From assembly GCA_041690135.1 (NCBI GenBank), contig JAWLHY010000002.1:944342-1008341 (forward strand): a stretch of DNA of 64,000 nt, read 5' to 3'. Both the position numbers and the translations under genes were made by a program. Shown piece after piece: positions 28,237-37,529 of the stretch. How positions within the stretch are numbered: the stretch's first letter is position 1; each line of letters begins with the position of its first letter. Below the pieces are notes generated by a model that saw only the letters and a list, made by a program, of their open reading frames with translations, searched no databases and was not told the origin of the DNA. This stretch comes from Armatimonadota bacterium (lineage in GTDB: Bacteria > Armatimonadota > SYMT01).

Positions 28237-29910
28237 ATGAGGAGACGCGTGCTCCAACTGGGGGCTCTCTGTGCCGCGCTAACGGCGGCCGGCATTGCGA
28301 GCCCATCCCGAGCTGATCAGGCGCCTGTGCCCGTGAACATCGAGCTGCGGCAGGTGCCGCTCTCACACGTGGTGCAGTTGCTTGCGATGAGCGCGGACGT
28401 AGACATCATTATCAGCGATCCCGAAGGGAAGCTTGCGGACAAGCAGATCGCGTTCATCAAGATCCACGATCAGCCGGTCGACAAGGCGATCGAAGTGGTC
28501 TGCAAAGCCGCTGGTGTCACTTACGAAAAGGACAAGGACGGGATCTACTACATCTCCGCCAAAGCACCCGTTGCGGAGATGCCTCGCCGCCCGGTCGAAG
28601 TACCCCAGCCCGTGATGCCCCTGGAACGACCGGCCCCACCGCCGGAGATTCTGGACGAAGTGGTGATCGATAAGATCAAGCTGGACTTCATGGATCCCCA
28701 TGAGTGTGTCCGGTTCTTGATGTCGTCCCACTCGAAAAAGCCCGTCACGGATGTGAAGTCGGCGGATGAGTTGGAGATCTATCCTGGATTGATCGATCCT
28801 GCCACGGGTAACTGGTACATGCCGCAGGGCATGAACAATTACATGCCGCCCGTCTTTTCGCAAGACGGCGCCAAGCGTCCCGGCGCCACTGGCGGCAACC
28901 AGTTCGGTGGCGGATTCGGCGGGATGGGTGGTGGTCTCGGCGGCGGCCTGGGCGGCGGTCTCGGCGGCGGCCTGGGCGGCGGTCTCGGCGGCGGCCTGGG
29001 CGGCGGTCTCGGCGGCGGCCTGGGCGGCGGCGGTCTCGGCGGCGGCCTGGGTGGCGGTGGGGCGAGCTTAATCCCGGAAGGAATCCAGGGCTTGCTCGCA
29101 TTCCCCTCGGACAACTCGCTTCTGGTTCGCGGCACCGCGGATGACATTGCCGCTCTGAAGTCGATCATCCGGCTGATCGATATCCCGCCGCGGCAGATCC
29201 TCATCAAGATCGAGCAGATCGCCGTTAACAGTCAGTTCGCCAAGCAGTGGGGGATCGACTGGAACATCAACTATAACGACATCTCGATCAATACCGGGAT
29301 CACGCTCTCCACGGGCGGCGCCATCAACGTCGCCATCCTCGGGGACAACTGGCGCGCGCAGTTCTCCGCCGCCGAGTCCCAGGGTAAAGCGTCCGTGATC
29401 GATTCGTTCACGATCACCACGATGAACAACGTGCCGGCCCAGATCTCGACGGTGACGCAAACGTACATCTTCCTGCCGCAGCTAAGCGCGGTCCAGGGCG
29501 CGGGCCTCATCACCCAGTACTTACCGCTGCCGCTTTCCGCGCAGACGAGCTTTTTCGCCGCTCCGCGTTTGAACGGGGACGGCACCATTACGATGGTGAT
29601 TCCGTTCCTCTTTTCCCGCTTCCTCGGCGAATCGGTCGGTCCCGACGGTCAGCGGATTCCGAACCAGACCTTCACCAACCTGCTCGCCATCCGGCGTGTG
29701 GCGAGTGGTCAGACCATCGTGGTGGGCGGTATCAACAACCGGCAGGAATCGACCAGTTCCAACGGTATTCCGATTCTGAAAGACCTGCCGTTTATCGGTA
29801 ATCTGTTCCGCAACAAGAGCGTTAACAAGAACAACAACGAATCGCTGTTCTTCTTCACTCCCACGCTCCTACCGGACCCGATTGCCACCGGGTCGGGCAA
29901 CATTCAGTAG
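28237..29910 (+). CDS. Secretin (PilQ/GspD family)
   Basis: N0 domain; N3 'DNSLLVRGT...IRLIDIPPRQILI'; core 'GQTIVVGG...GIPILKDLPFIGNLFRN'; RBS aggagg. Confidence 0.92.
   Translation: MRRRVLQLGALCAALTAAGIASPSRADQAPVPVNIELRQVPLSHVVQLLAMSADVDIIISDPEGKLADKQIAFIKIHDQPVDKAIEVVCKAAGVTYEKDKDGIYYISAKAPVAEMPRRPVEVPQPVMPLERPAPPPEILDEVVIDKIKLDFMDPHECVRFLMSSHSKKPVTDVKSADELEIYPGLIDPATGNWYMPQGMNNYMPPVFSQDGAKRPGATGGNQFGGGFGGMGGGLGGGLGGGLGGGLGGGLGGGLGGGLGGGLGGGGLGGGLGGGGASLIPEGIQGLLAFPSDNSLLVRGTADDIAALKSIIRLIDIPPRQILIKIEQIAVNSQFAKQWGIDWNINYNDISINTGITLSTGGAINVAILGDNWRAQFSAAESQGKASVIDSFTITTMNNVPAQISTVTQTYIFLPQLSAVQGAGLITQYLPLPLSAQTSFFAAPRLNGDGTITMVIPFLFSRFLGESVGPDGQRIPNQTFTNLLAIRRVASGQTIVVGGINNRQESTSSNGIPILKDLPFIGNLFRNKSVNKNNNESLFFFTPTLLPDPIATGSGNIQ
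28925..29060 (+). repeat. Coding (GGGL)n repeat inside the secretin
   Basis: 24-bp unit ggcggcggcctgggcggcggtctc. Confidence 0.9.
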
Positions 29911-29942
29911 GCGCGGATTTCCTCCTCCACGCCAGATCAAGC

Positions 29943-29983
29943 ACGACGGGACGAGCTCGCGGAGAGCTCGTCCCGTTGTTTTT
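29943..29983 (+). terminator. Rho-independent terminator
   Basis: acgacgggacgagctc-gcgga-gagctcgtcccgttgt plus T run. Confidence 0.85.
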
Positions 29984-30135
29984 CTGCCTCGGTGCGGAGC
30001 GCCGCACCTGCACGGAAGCGCCTTCTCGGGAACGGCCGACCGCTCTCCCTTCCGCCATTCGCGAATTTTCACCACGCCCCGGCGCCCCGGAGGATTTCAC
30101 CACCCGAACATGCGGTTAAACTACGCGCGGAGAAA

Positions 30136-31971
30136 ATGAGCGTGGAGACGAACAAAAACCATCTGGCCTACCTGTGGAACTGCTTTCGGGGCTACGGCGT
30201 GCGCATCGCCGGCACCCTGCTGTTCCTCTGTCTCGCCCGCCTGGCTGCAACGGCGGATCCGGTTTACCTGAAAGAGATCATCGACGGGCTCGCCGCGCGG
30301 CAGCCTCTGTCCGCGCTCGTCACGGCCGTGGGCTTCTACTTTGGCCTGCGTGGGCTTACTCTGCTAGGCGAATTCTTGCGGGATTGGATCTTTGCTCCCG
30401 TCGAGATCGGCGTCGGACGCAAGGTCTCGGAATCCGTCTTCGACTACTTGCTGCGGCTGCCCGTGGCCTACCACGCGGAACAGCGGACCGGCGCCCTGGC
30501 CCGGAAGATCGCCCGCGGAACCCGCGCCATCACGTTCATCCTCGACTTCCTGGTGATGAACATCCTACCGGTGATCGTGGAGCTGGTCTTCGTTACCGTG
30601 CTGCTCCTTCGTCTCTATCCCGCGGTGTACGGAATCATCACGGTGGTCACCGTGGTGCTCTACACCTGGTTCACCATCTGGAGCACGGAGAAGCGCCAGG
30701 TTTACCGTCTCAACGCCAACCTCGCGGATGACGAAGCCAGCGGCCTGCAGATCGACAGCATCACCAACATCGAGACGGTCAAGTACTTCAACAACGAGGC
30801 GCTCCGGCAGCAGCAATTCGGCGCCGCGATCCGGCGCTGGTACGATCTCTCCGTCCGCTCCAACCGCCTCTTCGCCTTGATTTCCGCCGGTCAGGCGGCC
30901 ATCATCCTCGTAGGCCTGGGGTTGATCCTCTGGTTGGGAATCCGCCAGGCAGCCGCCGGTGAGATCACTATTGGCGACCTGGTGCTGCTCTCGACCTATG
31001 TCGTCCGCCTTTCCACGCCCATCGGCGTGCTCGGCTTCATCTACCGCGGCATCAAGGACGGAATCGCCGACCTGGACGAGATGGGCCGCATCTTCAGCAA
31101 TCCCATCACCGTCCGGGAGAGCGAGCATCCCGTTACCCTAACCGAGCCGCGGGGCGAGGTGCGGCTGGAGCACGTGGCGTTCACCTATAAAGGGCGGGAG
31201 CGGGTGCTTGAGGACCTGGATTTATCGATTCCACCGGGTGCGCGCGTCGCGGTGGTGGGGCCTTCTGGCGCGGGCAAATCCACCCTCGTCAAGCTGCTGT
31301 TCCGTTTCCACGATCCCACCCGGGGAAAGGTCCTCATCGACGGGGTGGATCTACGCGAGCTGAGCACGGAAACCCGCCGCCGGATGCTGGCGATCGTGCC
31401 GCAGGAGCCGGTGCTCTTCAACGACACGATCGCCGCCAACATCCGCTTCGCCAAGCCGGAAGCCACGCAGGAAGAGGTAGAGCGGGCCTGCCGGCTGGCG
31501 AACATTCACGACTTCATCGCCTCTCTCCCGGAAGGTTATGAAACCGTGGTGGGGGAGAGAGGCATCAAGATGTCGGGAGGCGAGAAGCAGCGTGTCGCCA
31601 TCGCTCGCGCCATCATCCGGGACCCCCGGGTGCTCGTGTTCGACGAGGCGACTTCCAATCTCGATTCTCACTCGGAGCGGATCATCCAGGAATCCCTGGA
31701 CCGGATCGCGCGGGGCCGCACGACCATCGTGATCGCCCATCGCCTGTCCACCATCGTGGACAGTGACCTGATCTACGTCCTTCAGGCCGGCCGGGTGGCG
31801 GAGCAGGGCACCCACGAGCAACTTCTCGCTCTGGGCGGGCTGTACGCGCGCCTGTGGGCCATCCAGTCCGGCTCGGATGGCCCGCGCGAGCTATTGAAAC
31901 CGGCGGCGACTACTGCCACTCCGCCAGGATCTGGTCCACCTCTTGCTTGTGGTTCTGCTCGTCCGCAATGA
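30136..31971 (+). CDS. ABC exporter, fused permease/ATPase (Atm1/Hmt1-like)
   Basis: TM domain, 'NIETVKYFNNE', Walker A GPSGAGKST, signature MSGGEKQR, Walker B VLVFDE. Confidence 0.9.
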   Translation: MSVETNKNHLAYLWNCFRGYGVRIAGTLLFLCLARLAATADPVYLKEIIDGLAARQPLSALVTAVGFYFGLRGLTLLGEFLRDWIFAPVEIGVGRKVSESVFDYLLRLPVAYHAEQRTGALARKIARGTRAITFILDFLVMNILPVIVELVFVTVLLLRLYPAVYGIITVVTVVLYTWFTIWSTEKRQVYRLNANLADDEASGLQIDSITNIETVKYFNNEALRQQQFGAAIRRWYDLSVRSNRLFALISAGQAAIILVGLGLILWLGIRQAAAGEITIGDLVLLSTYVVRLSTPIGVLGFIYRGIKDGIADLDEMGRIFSNPITVRESEHPVTLTEPRGEVRLEHVAFTYKGRERVLEDLDLSIPPGARVAVVGPSGAGKSTLVKLLFRFHDPTRGKVLIDGVDLRELSTETRRRMLAIVPQEPVLFNDTIAANIRFAKPEATQEEVERACRLANIHDFIASLPEGYETVVGERGIKMSGGEKQRVAIARAIIRDPRVLVFDEATSNLDSHSERIIQESLDRIARGRTTIVIAHRLSTIVDSDLIYVLQAGRVAEQGTHEQLLALGGLYARLWAIQSGSDGPRELLKPAATTATPPGSGPPLACGSARPQ

Positions 31972-32332
31972 AGTTCTCGAGCTGCACCCGCAGGGCGATT
32001 TCGCCGAGTTCGTCCGCCTGACGGACACGCTCGGTGTAGCCTTGTATGGCCCGTTGTTCGGCATCGCGGATGGCCTTGAGCATGTCTTCCGCGCCATCCG
32101 CTTCCGGGACGACCGACGGCTGTGTGGTGGGGTTTCCGCCCATGGCCGCGATGCGGTCCGCCAGGTACTGCGCGTGGAGTTGCTCGTCGGCGATTTCTGC
32201 CTGGAAGAAGGTGCGGAGTTCCGTTCGCCACGGGCCTCGCACCTTGGCGGAATACTGGATGTACTGGATGATGGCGGCGTACTCGTTCGCCAGGTCTTGA
32301 TTGAGCGCGTCGATCAGCGCTTGTTTGTCCAC
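31910..32332 (-). CDS. Ferritin-like / bacterioferritin-family protein
   Basis: LNQDLANEYAAIIQY, two ExxH motifs (EQLH, EQNH); GTG start after aaggag. Confidence 0.85.
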   Translation of the reverse strand: MDKQALIDALNQDLANEYAAIIQYIQYSAKVRGPWRTELRTFFQAEIADEQLHAQYLADRIAAMGGNPTTQPSVVPEADGAEDMLKAIRDAEQRAIQGYTERVRQADELGEIALRVQLENFIADEQNHKQEVDQILAEWQ

Positions 32333-32417
32333 GGTTGTCTCTCCTTCGGAAGCGCAGGGTTGCGGGGAAGCACCCCCCAGCAAGTCCCTTATATCCCCGG
32401 AAACTACCCATGAAACA

Positions 32418-32458
32418 GAAGAAGGGGCGAAAGCGCCGCAACGCCTCGCCCCTTCTTC
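32418..32458 (-). terminator. Hairpin terminator after the cyclophilin cluster
   Basis: gaagaaggggcga...tcgccccttcttc. Confidence 0.65.
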
Positions 32459-32487
32459 CTTTTCCTGTTTTCCGCCGGGGGAATCGT

Positions 32488-33009
32488 CTACTCGACCACC
32501 CGTGCCGATCGGATCACCACCGGTTCTACCGGCACGTCCTGGTGTCCGCCGCGGCTGGTGGTGGGCACCTTCTTGATCTTCTCCACCACGTCCAGGCCCT
32601 CGATCACCTTGCCGAAGACCGCGTAGCCGTAGCCCTGCGACGTCTGGTCACGGTGGTTCAGAAACGCGTTGTCCCGGACGTTGATAAAGAACTGCGCCGT
32701 GGCGCTATCCACCACGGAAGTGCGCGCCATCGCCACGGTGCCGTAGTCGTTGGAGAGCCCGTTGTGAGCCTCATTCTTGATCGGCGCCCCGGTGCGCTTC
32801 TCCCGCATATCGGCGGTCATCCCCCCACCCTGGATCATGAAGTTGGAGATCACGCGGTGGAAGATCGTTCCGTCGTAGTGGCCGGAGCGAACGTAGTTCA
32901 GGAAGTTCTCCGAGGTGATGGGGGCCTTCTCGGGGTTCAACTGGATCTGGATTTCGCCGAACGTAGTGTCGAGCGCTACGATCGGGCTGTTGTTCTCTGT
33001 CTGGCTCAT
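32488..33009 (-). CDS. Cyclophilin-type peptidyl-prolyl isomerase, cytoplasmic
   Basis: [36 protein letters not shown]; no signal peptide. Confidence 0.95.
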   Translation of the reverse strand: MSQTENNSPIVALDTTFGEIQIQLNPEKAPITSENFLNYVRSGHYDGTIFHRVISNFMIQGGGMTADMREKRTGAPIKNEAHNGLSNDYGTVAMARTSVVDSATAQFFINVRDNAFLNHRDQTSQGYGYAVFGKVIEGLDVVEKIKKVPTTSRGGHQDVPVEPVVIRSARVVE

Positions 33010-33605
33010 AGAAGTTTCGCCGACTTGATGACGACCGGCTCGACAGGCACGTCTTGATAGAAGCCGCGCGTGCCGGTCTTGACCTGGCGGATCTTATCCA
33101 CCACTTCCATTCCCTTGATCACTTTCCCGAAAACCGCATAGCCATGGCCGTCCGGGTCGGGGTAATCAAGACCTTGGTTGTCCACCACATTGATGAAAAA
33201 CTGCGCGGTGGCGCTATCGGGATCCTGGGTGCGCGCCATGGCGATACTGCCGCGCACGTTCTTGAGGCCGTTCTTCCCCTCGTTCTGGATGCCGTCGCCC
33301 GTCGGCTTCTCTTCCATGTTCGCCGTAAAGCCGCCGCCCTGGATCATAAACTTATCGATCACCCGGTGGAACACGGTCTGGTTGTAGTGGCCCTTCTTGA
33401 CGTAATCCAGGAAGTTCTTGACGGTGACCGGGGCCTTGCCGGGGTTCAGTTCCAGGTGGATGGGGCCGAGCGAGGTCTCCATCACAACCACCGGATTTTT
33501 GGCCGCGCTCTTTTTGGGTTCTTCGGCGGCGATGGCGGGCAGCATGCCGCCGGCTAACCCGGCGGCGAGGCCGGCGCGGAGCAGGGAACGTCTACTCTGG
33601 CTCAT
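33006..33605 (-). CDS. Cyclophilin-type PPIase with Tat-like signal
   Basis: SRRSLL twin-arginine leader plus cyclophilin motifs. Confidence 0.93.
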   Translation of the reverse strand: MSQSRRSLLRAGLAAGLAGGMLPAIAAEEPKKSAAKNPVVVMETSLGPIHLELNPGKAPVTVKNFLDYVKKGHYNQTVFHRVIDKFMIQGGGFTANMEEKPTGDGIQNEGKNGLKNVRGSIAMARTQDPDSATAQFFINVVDNQGLDYPDPDGHGYAVFGKVIKGMEVVDKIRQVKTGTRGFYQDVPVEPVVIKSAKLL

Positions 33606-33606
33606 C

Positions 33607-34359
33607 TCAGGTGCCCGATCCTTCCTTGGCTTCCTCTTTAGCTTCTTCTTTGATCTTTACGGACTTGATGGTCACTGGTTCGACGGGCACGTCGGCGTGG
33701 CCTTCCTTCATCGTGGTGGGCACGGTCTTGATGGCTTCCACCACGTCCATGCCTTCGGTGACCTTTCCGAACACGGCATAGCCGAAGCCGTCACTTCCCG
33801 GGTAGTCCAGGGATGCGTTGTCCGCAACGTTGATGTAGAACTGGGCCGTCGCGCTGTTCGGATCGCTGGTGCGCGCCATCGCGATCGTGCCGCGCTCGTT
33901 CTTGAGGCCGTTCTGAGCTTCGTTCTTGATTCCCTCACCCGTCGGCTTTTCTTCCATTCCGGGGGTGAAGCCGCCGCCCTGGATCATAAAGCCATCGATC
34001 ACCCGGTGGAAGATGGTGCCGTCATAGTGGCCCTTCTTCACATAGCCGACGAAGTTCTCCACGGTGACGGGGGCCTTATCCGGATACAGTTCCAGTTCGA
34101 TGGTGCCTTTCGACGTCTCCATCACGACCGGGACCGGCTTGCTCATGTCTACCTGGGTGCCTTCACCGCCCCCGCTGGTTGAGCCATGCTCGCCGGCAGG
34201 AGCATTCCCCGCGGCCGGAGCGGAGTCGGTGGGCACGGCCGCCCGCTCGGACGGTCCGCAGCCGAACAGAGTTAGAGCCAGTGCGCAAGAGGTCAGCAGA
34301 AACAGGCGCCGCGGCGTGGCTCCGTCTCGAGCCGCCGGTGCGGGGGGATGCGGATGCAT
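33607..34359 (-). CDS. Cyclophilin-type PPIase, predicted lipoprotein
   Basis: PRRLFLL...LFGC lipobox, linker, cyclophilin motifs. Confidence 0.92.
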   Translation of the reverse strand: MHPHPPAPAARDGATPRRLFLLTSCALALTLFGCGPSERAAVPTDSAPAAGNAPAGEHGSTSGGGEGTQVDMSKPVPVVMETSKGTIELELYPDKAPVTVENFVGYVKKGHYDGTIFHRVIDGFMIQGGGFTPGMEEKPTGEGIKNEAQNGLKNERGTIAMARTSDPNSATAQFYINVADNASLDYPGSDGFGYAVFGKVTEGMDVVEAIKTVPTTMKEGHADVPVEPVTIKSVKIKEEAKEEAKEGSGT

Positions 34360-34517
34360 TCGAGAGTACTCCCTTGATCAGTCGGTGCGATCTGAAATGA
34401 TTACGTGGGCGGGGTGGGATGGGGGTTCCGAACCGCTGGCCGGACGAGCGTTACGCCCGCGTGTATTGTACGGCAGGGAGGGCCGATTAGGCATGGGGAC
34501 GCCGCGCGCGGACGAAC

Positions 34518-34590
34518 TTTCAATTATTTTTGAAACAAGTGTGGGCAAACGGTCCTGGCTCCTGGATAATGGTTTCAGAAAGAATTGAAA
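34518..34590. promoter_or_regulatory. Two palindromic operator-like sites TTTCA-N8-TGAAA
   Basis: tttcaattatttttgaaa (34518-34535) and tttcagaaagaattgaaa (34573-34590) in a divergent intergenic region. Confidence 0.55.
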
Positions 34591-34618
34591 CTTCGTCGCG
34601 CGCAGCAAGGACCTTCCG

Positions 34619-35434
34619 ATGTCCCGCCCTCCCGTAGACTGGCCGATACCCGTTTACGTCGCGGAGTTCCGCGAGCGTGGGCTGGTGGTATGCCGCGTGC
34701 CCGCACACTCGCTGCACGGTCGCGTGGCGCCTCCGCTTCAGCCCGTGATCGCGGGCGGCATGGCGACGGTGGTGTTGGCGCTGGGGAGTGGTCGGTGTCT
34801 CAAGTCGGCGTGTGGGTCCCGGATTCTCACCCGGGAGTTCGACGTGAGCGAGTTGTTCACTCCGGTGCATTGGAAGCCCGCCTGCCAGCCGGTGCGACTG
34901 GGGAACTGGAATCTCGCCGTCTCCACCACCGCGCCGGCCATCCGGCGGCTTCTGGAGGCCACCCTGGAAGTGGACGTCCGGGTGGAAGGCCGTAGCGCGC
35001 GGAAGGGACATTCATCAGGCGCCACGGCAGGCGACGTGCGGACCGGGCTTGGCTGTCGGGTGCGGATTGCACGGCCGGCAATCGAGGAATGCTGGCCGGC
35101 CCGTTCGGCCTTCGCTTCGCAGGAGGCGGCGGAAGGTCTATTGCTTCACCCGCAGAGCAGCTTCGTGCCGGACACCTCTGGGGAACTGGTGCGAGCCATT
35201 CCGGTCCACCATTACGCGCGCAGCACGGTGCACGTGTCGGCCGAGGAATGCGACCTCACCGGGGTCGCCACGCTTCTCGACCTGCCGCTGGAACAGGTGA
35301 CCGTGGATCATGTGCTTTTCCAGAAGCGCTGCACGCACACCTATGCCTTCCCTGCCGAACGGATTCCCCTGGCGCGCGCTTCCAGTTGCCGTCCGCGCCT
35401 GCTACTGCGTGAGGAATTAGCAGCCGCAGCCTGA
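34619..35434 (+). CDS. Hypothetical protein (weakly DUF2071/acetoacetate-decarboxylase-like)
   Basis: Longest ORF filling the gap; the N-terminal pattern loosely resembles that family. Confidence 0.5.
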   Translation: MSRPPVDWPIPVYVAEFRERGLVVCRVPAHSLHGRVAPPLQPVIAGGMATVVLALGSGRCLKSACGSRILTREFDVSELFTPVHWKPACQPVRLGNWNLAVSTTAPAIRRLLEATLEVDVRVEGRSARKGHSSGATAGDVRTGLGCRVRIARPAIEECWPARSAFASQEAAEGLLLHPQSSFVPDTSGELVRAIPVHHYARSTVHVSAEECDLTGVATLLDLPLEQVTVDHVLFQKRCTHTYAFPAERIPLARASSCRPRLLLREELAAAA

Positions 35435-35476
35435 TCGTGCTGTCCAGTTCCAAGCGCTGCTCCTGATCTTCATCCA

Positions 35477-35532
35477 GTTCCTTATCCTTATCCCGCCTTC
35501 CTTATCCTTATCCAGTCTCCTTATCCCCTTGT
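35477..35532. repeat. Short-unit repeats (ccttat)n and gtctccttatccccttgt
   Basis: Between convergent genes; overlaps the acyltransferase end (QGDKETG*). Confidence 0.6.
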
Positions 35533-36437
35533 AGCCACGCGTACCACCGCTTGTCCAGCCAGAACTGCCACATGTCGGGATGATCGCGGACGAAGCTCTC
35601 AAAAAGGTCCGTCCACGCCTGCGCTACGGCGGCCACGTCCGCGTCCCGGTTGCCGGTCTCGGGGAGGGTAAGTGGGGGATGGGTCCAGAGTTGGTAGCGC
35701 CCGTTCTCTTCGTGGAAGAAGGAAGAGAGTAAAGGGGCCCCGGTCCGGACGGCGAGGAAGAACGGTCCGGCGGGAAGATCAACGGGCCGTCCGAACAGCC
35801 GCACCGGGATGCCGCTTCCCGGGCGCTGGACCAGGTCCGGCGTGAGGGCCAGCACCCGGTTCTTCCGCAGCACCCGCAGGGCGGTGGTCATCTCCTCCAG
35901 CCCGTGGAACTGGGAGTTCTTGCGGGGGCGGTACACCACCTCCAGCCCCAGGGCACGGTACCACTGCTGCTTGATCGCCTCGTAATCGGCGTCGGGAGAC
36001 TCGCGGGCGAGCACGGTCACCGGCACCTGCGCGGTGGCCGTCCCGGCCATGATCTCGTGGCCGATGAGGTGCGGGCACACCATCAGCACGCCCTTGCCCC
36101 GGCCCAGGGCCTCCCGGTAGATCTCCTGGGCTTCGGGGTCGTGCTGCCAGACGGTGGAGAGGCTGCCGGCCTGCATTCCGGACCGGTAGACCGCCGCGGA
36201 GAAGGTGAACAGGTCGGCCAGGTGCCGGAAGTAGTCCCGCACGTGTTGTGCGGAATAGCCTTCCGGCCCCAGCGCGCGCCGCATGCCGTCCTCTACCTGC
36301 GCCCGCCAGCCCGGCACGGCGCCCAGGGCCGTGGCGAGCAGCGGCCGGCCCGCCATCACCAGGGACGGGGGAGCGTGCTTCGCCACCCAGATCAGCCGCG
36401 GCGCGAGCCTGGCCCGCAGAGTCTTGCGTTTCGCCAT
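35508..36437 (-). CDS. Lipid A lauroyl/lysophospholipid acyltransferase family protein
   Basis: ALGRGKGVLMVCPHLIGHE, LTPD, 'FESFVRDHPDMWQFW..RW' pattern. Confidence 0.85.
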   Translation of the reverse strand: MAKRKTLRARLAPRLIWVAKHAPPSLVMAGRPLLATALGAVPGWRAQVEDGMRRALGPEGYSAQHVRDYFRHLADLFTFSAAVYRSGMQAGSLSTVWQHDPEAQEIYREALGRGKGVLMVCPHLIGHEIMAGTATAQVPVTVLARESPDADYEAIKQQWYRALGLEVVYRPRKNSQFHGLEEMTTALRVLRKNRVLALTPDLVQRPGSGIPVRLFGRPVDLPAGPFFLAVRTGAPLLSSFFHEENGRYQLWTHPPLTLPETGNRDADVAAVAQAWTDLFESFVRDHPDMWQFWLDKRWYAWLQGDKETG

Positions 36438-36455
36438 TTCAGGAAGCGCAGCCGG

Positions 36456-37493
36456 TTACATCCACCGCTTGAAGAACTTCAGCACCCCCTGGTCCCAGGC
36501 GATCCGGTGCGTGATTCCCGTTCCCTGCGCGATCTCGCCCTTGTGGTCCAGGTACCACTGGTAGGAGCGGATCAGGGCCTGCGAGTTGCTGTACTTCGGA
36601 TTCCAGCCCAGGGTCTTCTCGATCTTCTCCGTGGAGACGAACGAGTCCTTATCCGCCGTTCCGTACACCCACTTGTAGAGCGGGGACAACTTCATGGCCT
36701 CGAAGATGCCCAGCCAGAACTTGACGAACGGCGCCGGGGTGCCCATCACGCGGGCGCCGGACTGCGCATACTTGCAGAGCGCCCCCAGGTCTTCCTGGAC
36801 GGTGTTGAACTCTTTGGCGCCGACATTAAAGGTGTCGTTCGCCTTCTCGACCGGGGAGGTGGCGCACAGGAACACGGCTTCCGCCAGGTCTTCCACCTCG
36901 AGGAGTTGATACCGGTTGTGCCCGCTGCCGATCACCGGGATCCGCTTGCCGCTTTCCACCCAATCGTACAGGATCTGGAACACGCCCAGGCGCCCGCTCC
37001 CGATGAAAGTCTTGGGGCGGATCACCGGCACGCAGAGGTTCTTGGTCCGGAACTCCTCGCAGACTTTTTCCGCGGCGATCTTGCTCTCGCCGTAGGGCCC
37101 CACGCCGATGAGCGGGGAGTTCTCGAACAGCGGATGGACCTTGGGCACGCCGTAGACCGCCGTGGAAGAGATGAAGATGACCCGCTGGACCCCGCACTCC
37201 TGCGCGGCTTCCAGGACGTTCCGCGTCCCGCGGACATTGATGTCGTAGATCTCTTCCTTCTTCCAGAGCGGAAGCGCGGCCGCGCCGTGAACCACGATAT
37301 CCATGCCCTGGAACGCCTCAACCAGGGCCGCCTTGTCCCGCACATCGACCTTGCGGCACTCCACGCTCGGATCGTAGTCGGACGGCTCGAACGGAGCGAT
37401 GTCCAGCAGCCGTAGCGTGTAACCCCGGTTGATACCCATGCGGGCGATATGGTAGGCGAGGAAGCCGGCGCCTCCCGTAATGGCGATCTTCAT
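36456..37493 (-). CDS. NAD-dependent epimerase/dehydratase
   Basis: ITGGAGFL, SSTAVYG, YGESK. Confidence 0.9.
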   Translation of the reverse strand: MKIAITGGAGFLAYHIARMGINRGYTLRLLDIAPFEPSDYDPSVECRKVDVRDKAALVEAFQGMDIVVHGAAALPLWKKEEIYDINVRGTRNVLEAAQECGVQRVIFISSTAVYGVPKVHPLFENSPLIGVGPYGESKIAAEKVCEEFRTKNLCVPVIRPKTFIGSGRLGVFQILYDWVESGKRIPVIGSGHNRYQLLEVEDLAEAVFLCATSPVEKANDTFNVGAKEFNTVQEDLGALCKYAQSGARVMGTPAPFVKFWLGIFEAMKLSPLYKWVYGTADKDSFVSTEKIEKTLGWNPKYSNSQALIRSYQWYLDHKGEIAQGTGITHRIAWDQGVLKFFKRWM

Positions 37494-37529
37494 CCTATCT
37501 CCCAGGCAAATGGTGATGGGGCCTGTTCG

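Noticed and set aside
27650-29060. Tandem repeats as a possible CRISPR array
   Set aside because: Contiguous coding repeats with no unique spacers and no cas genes.
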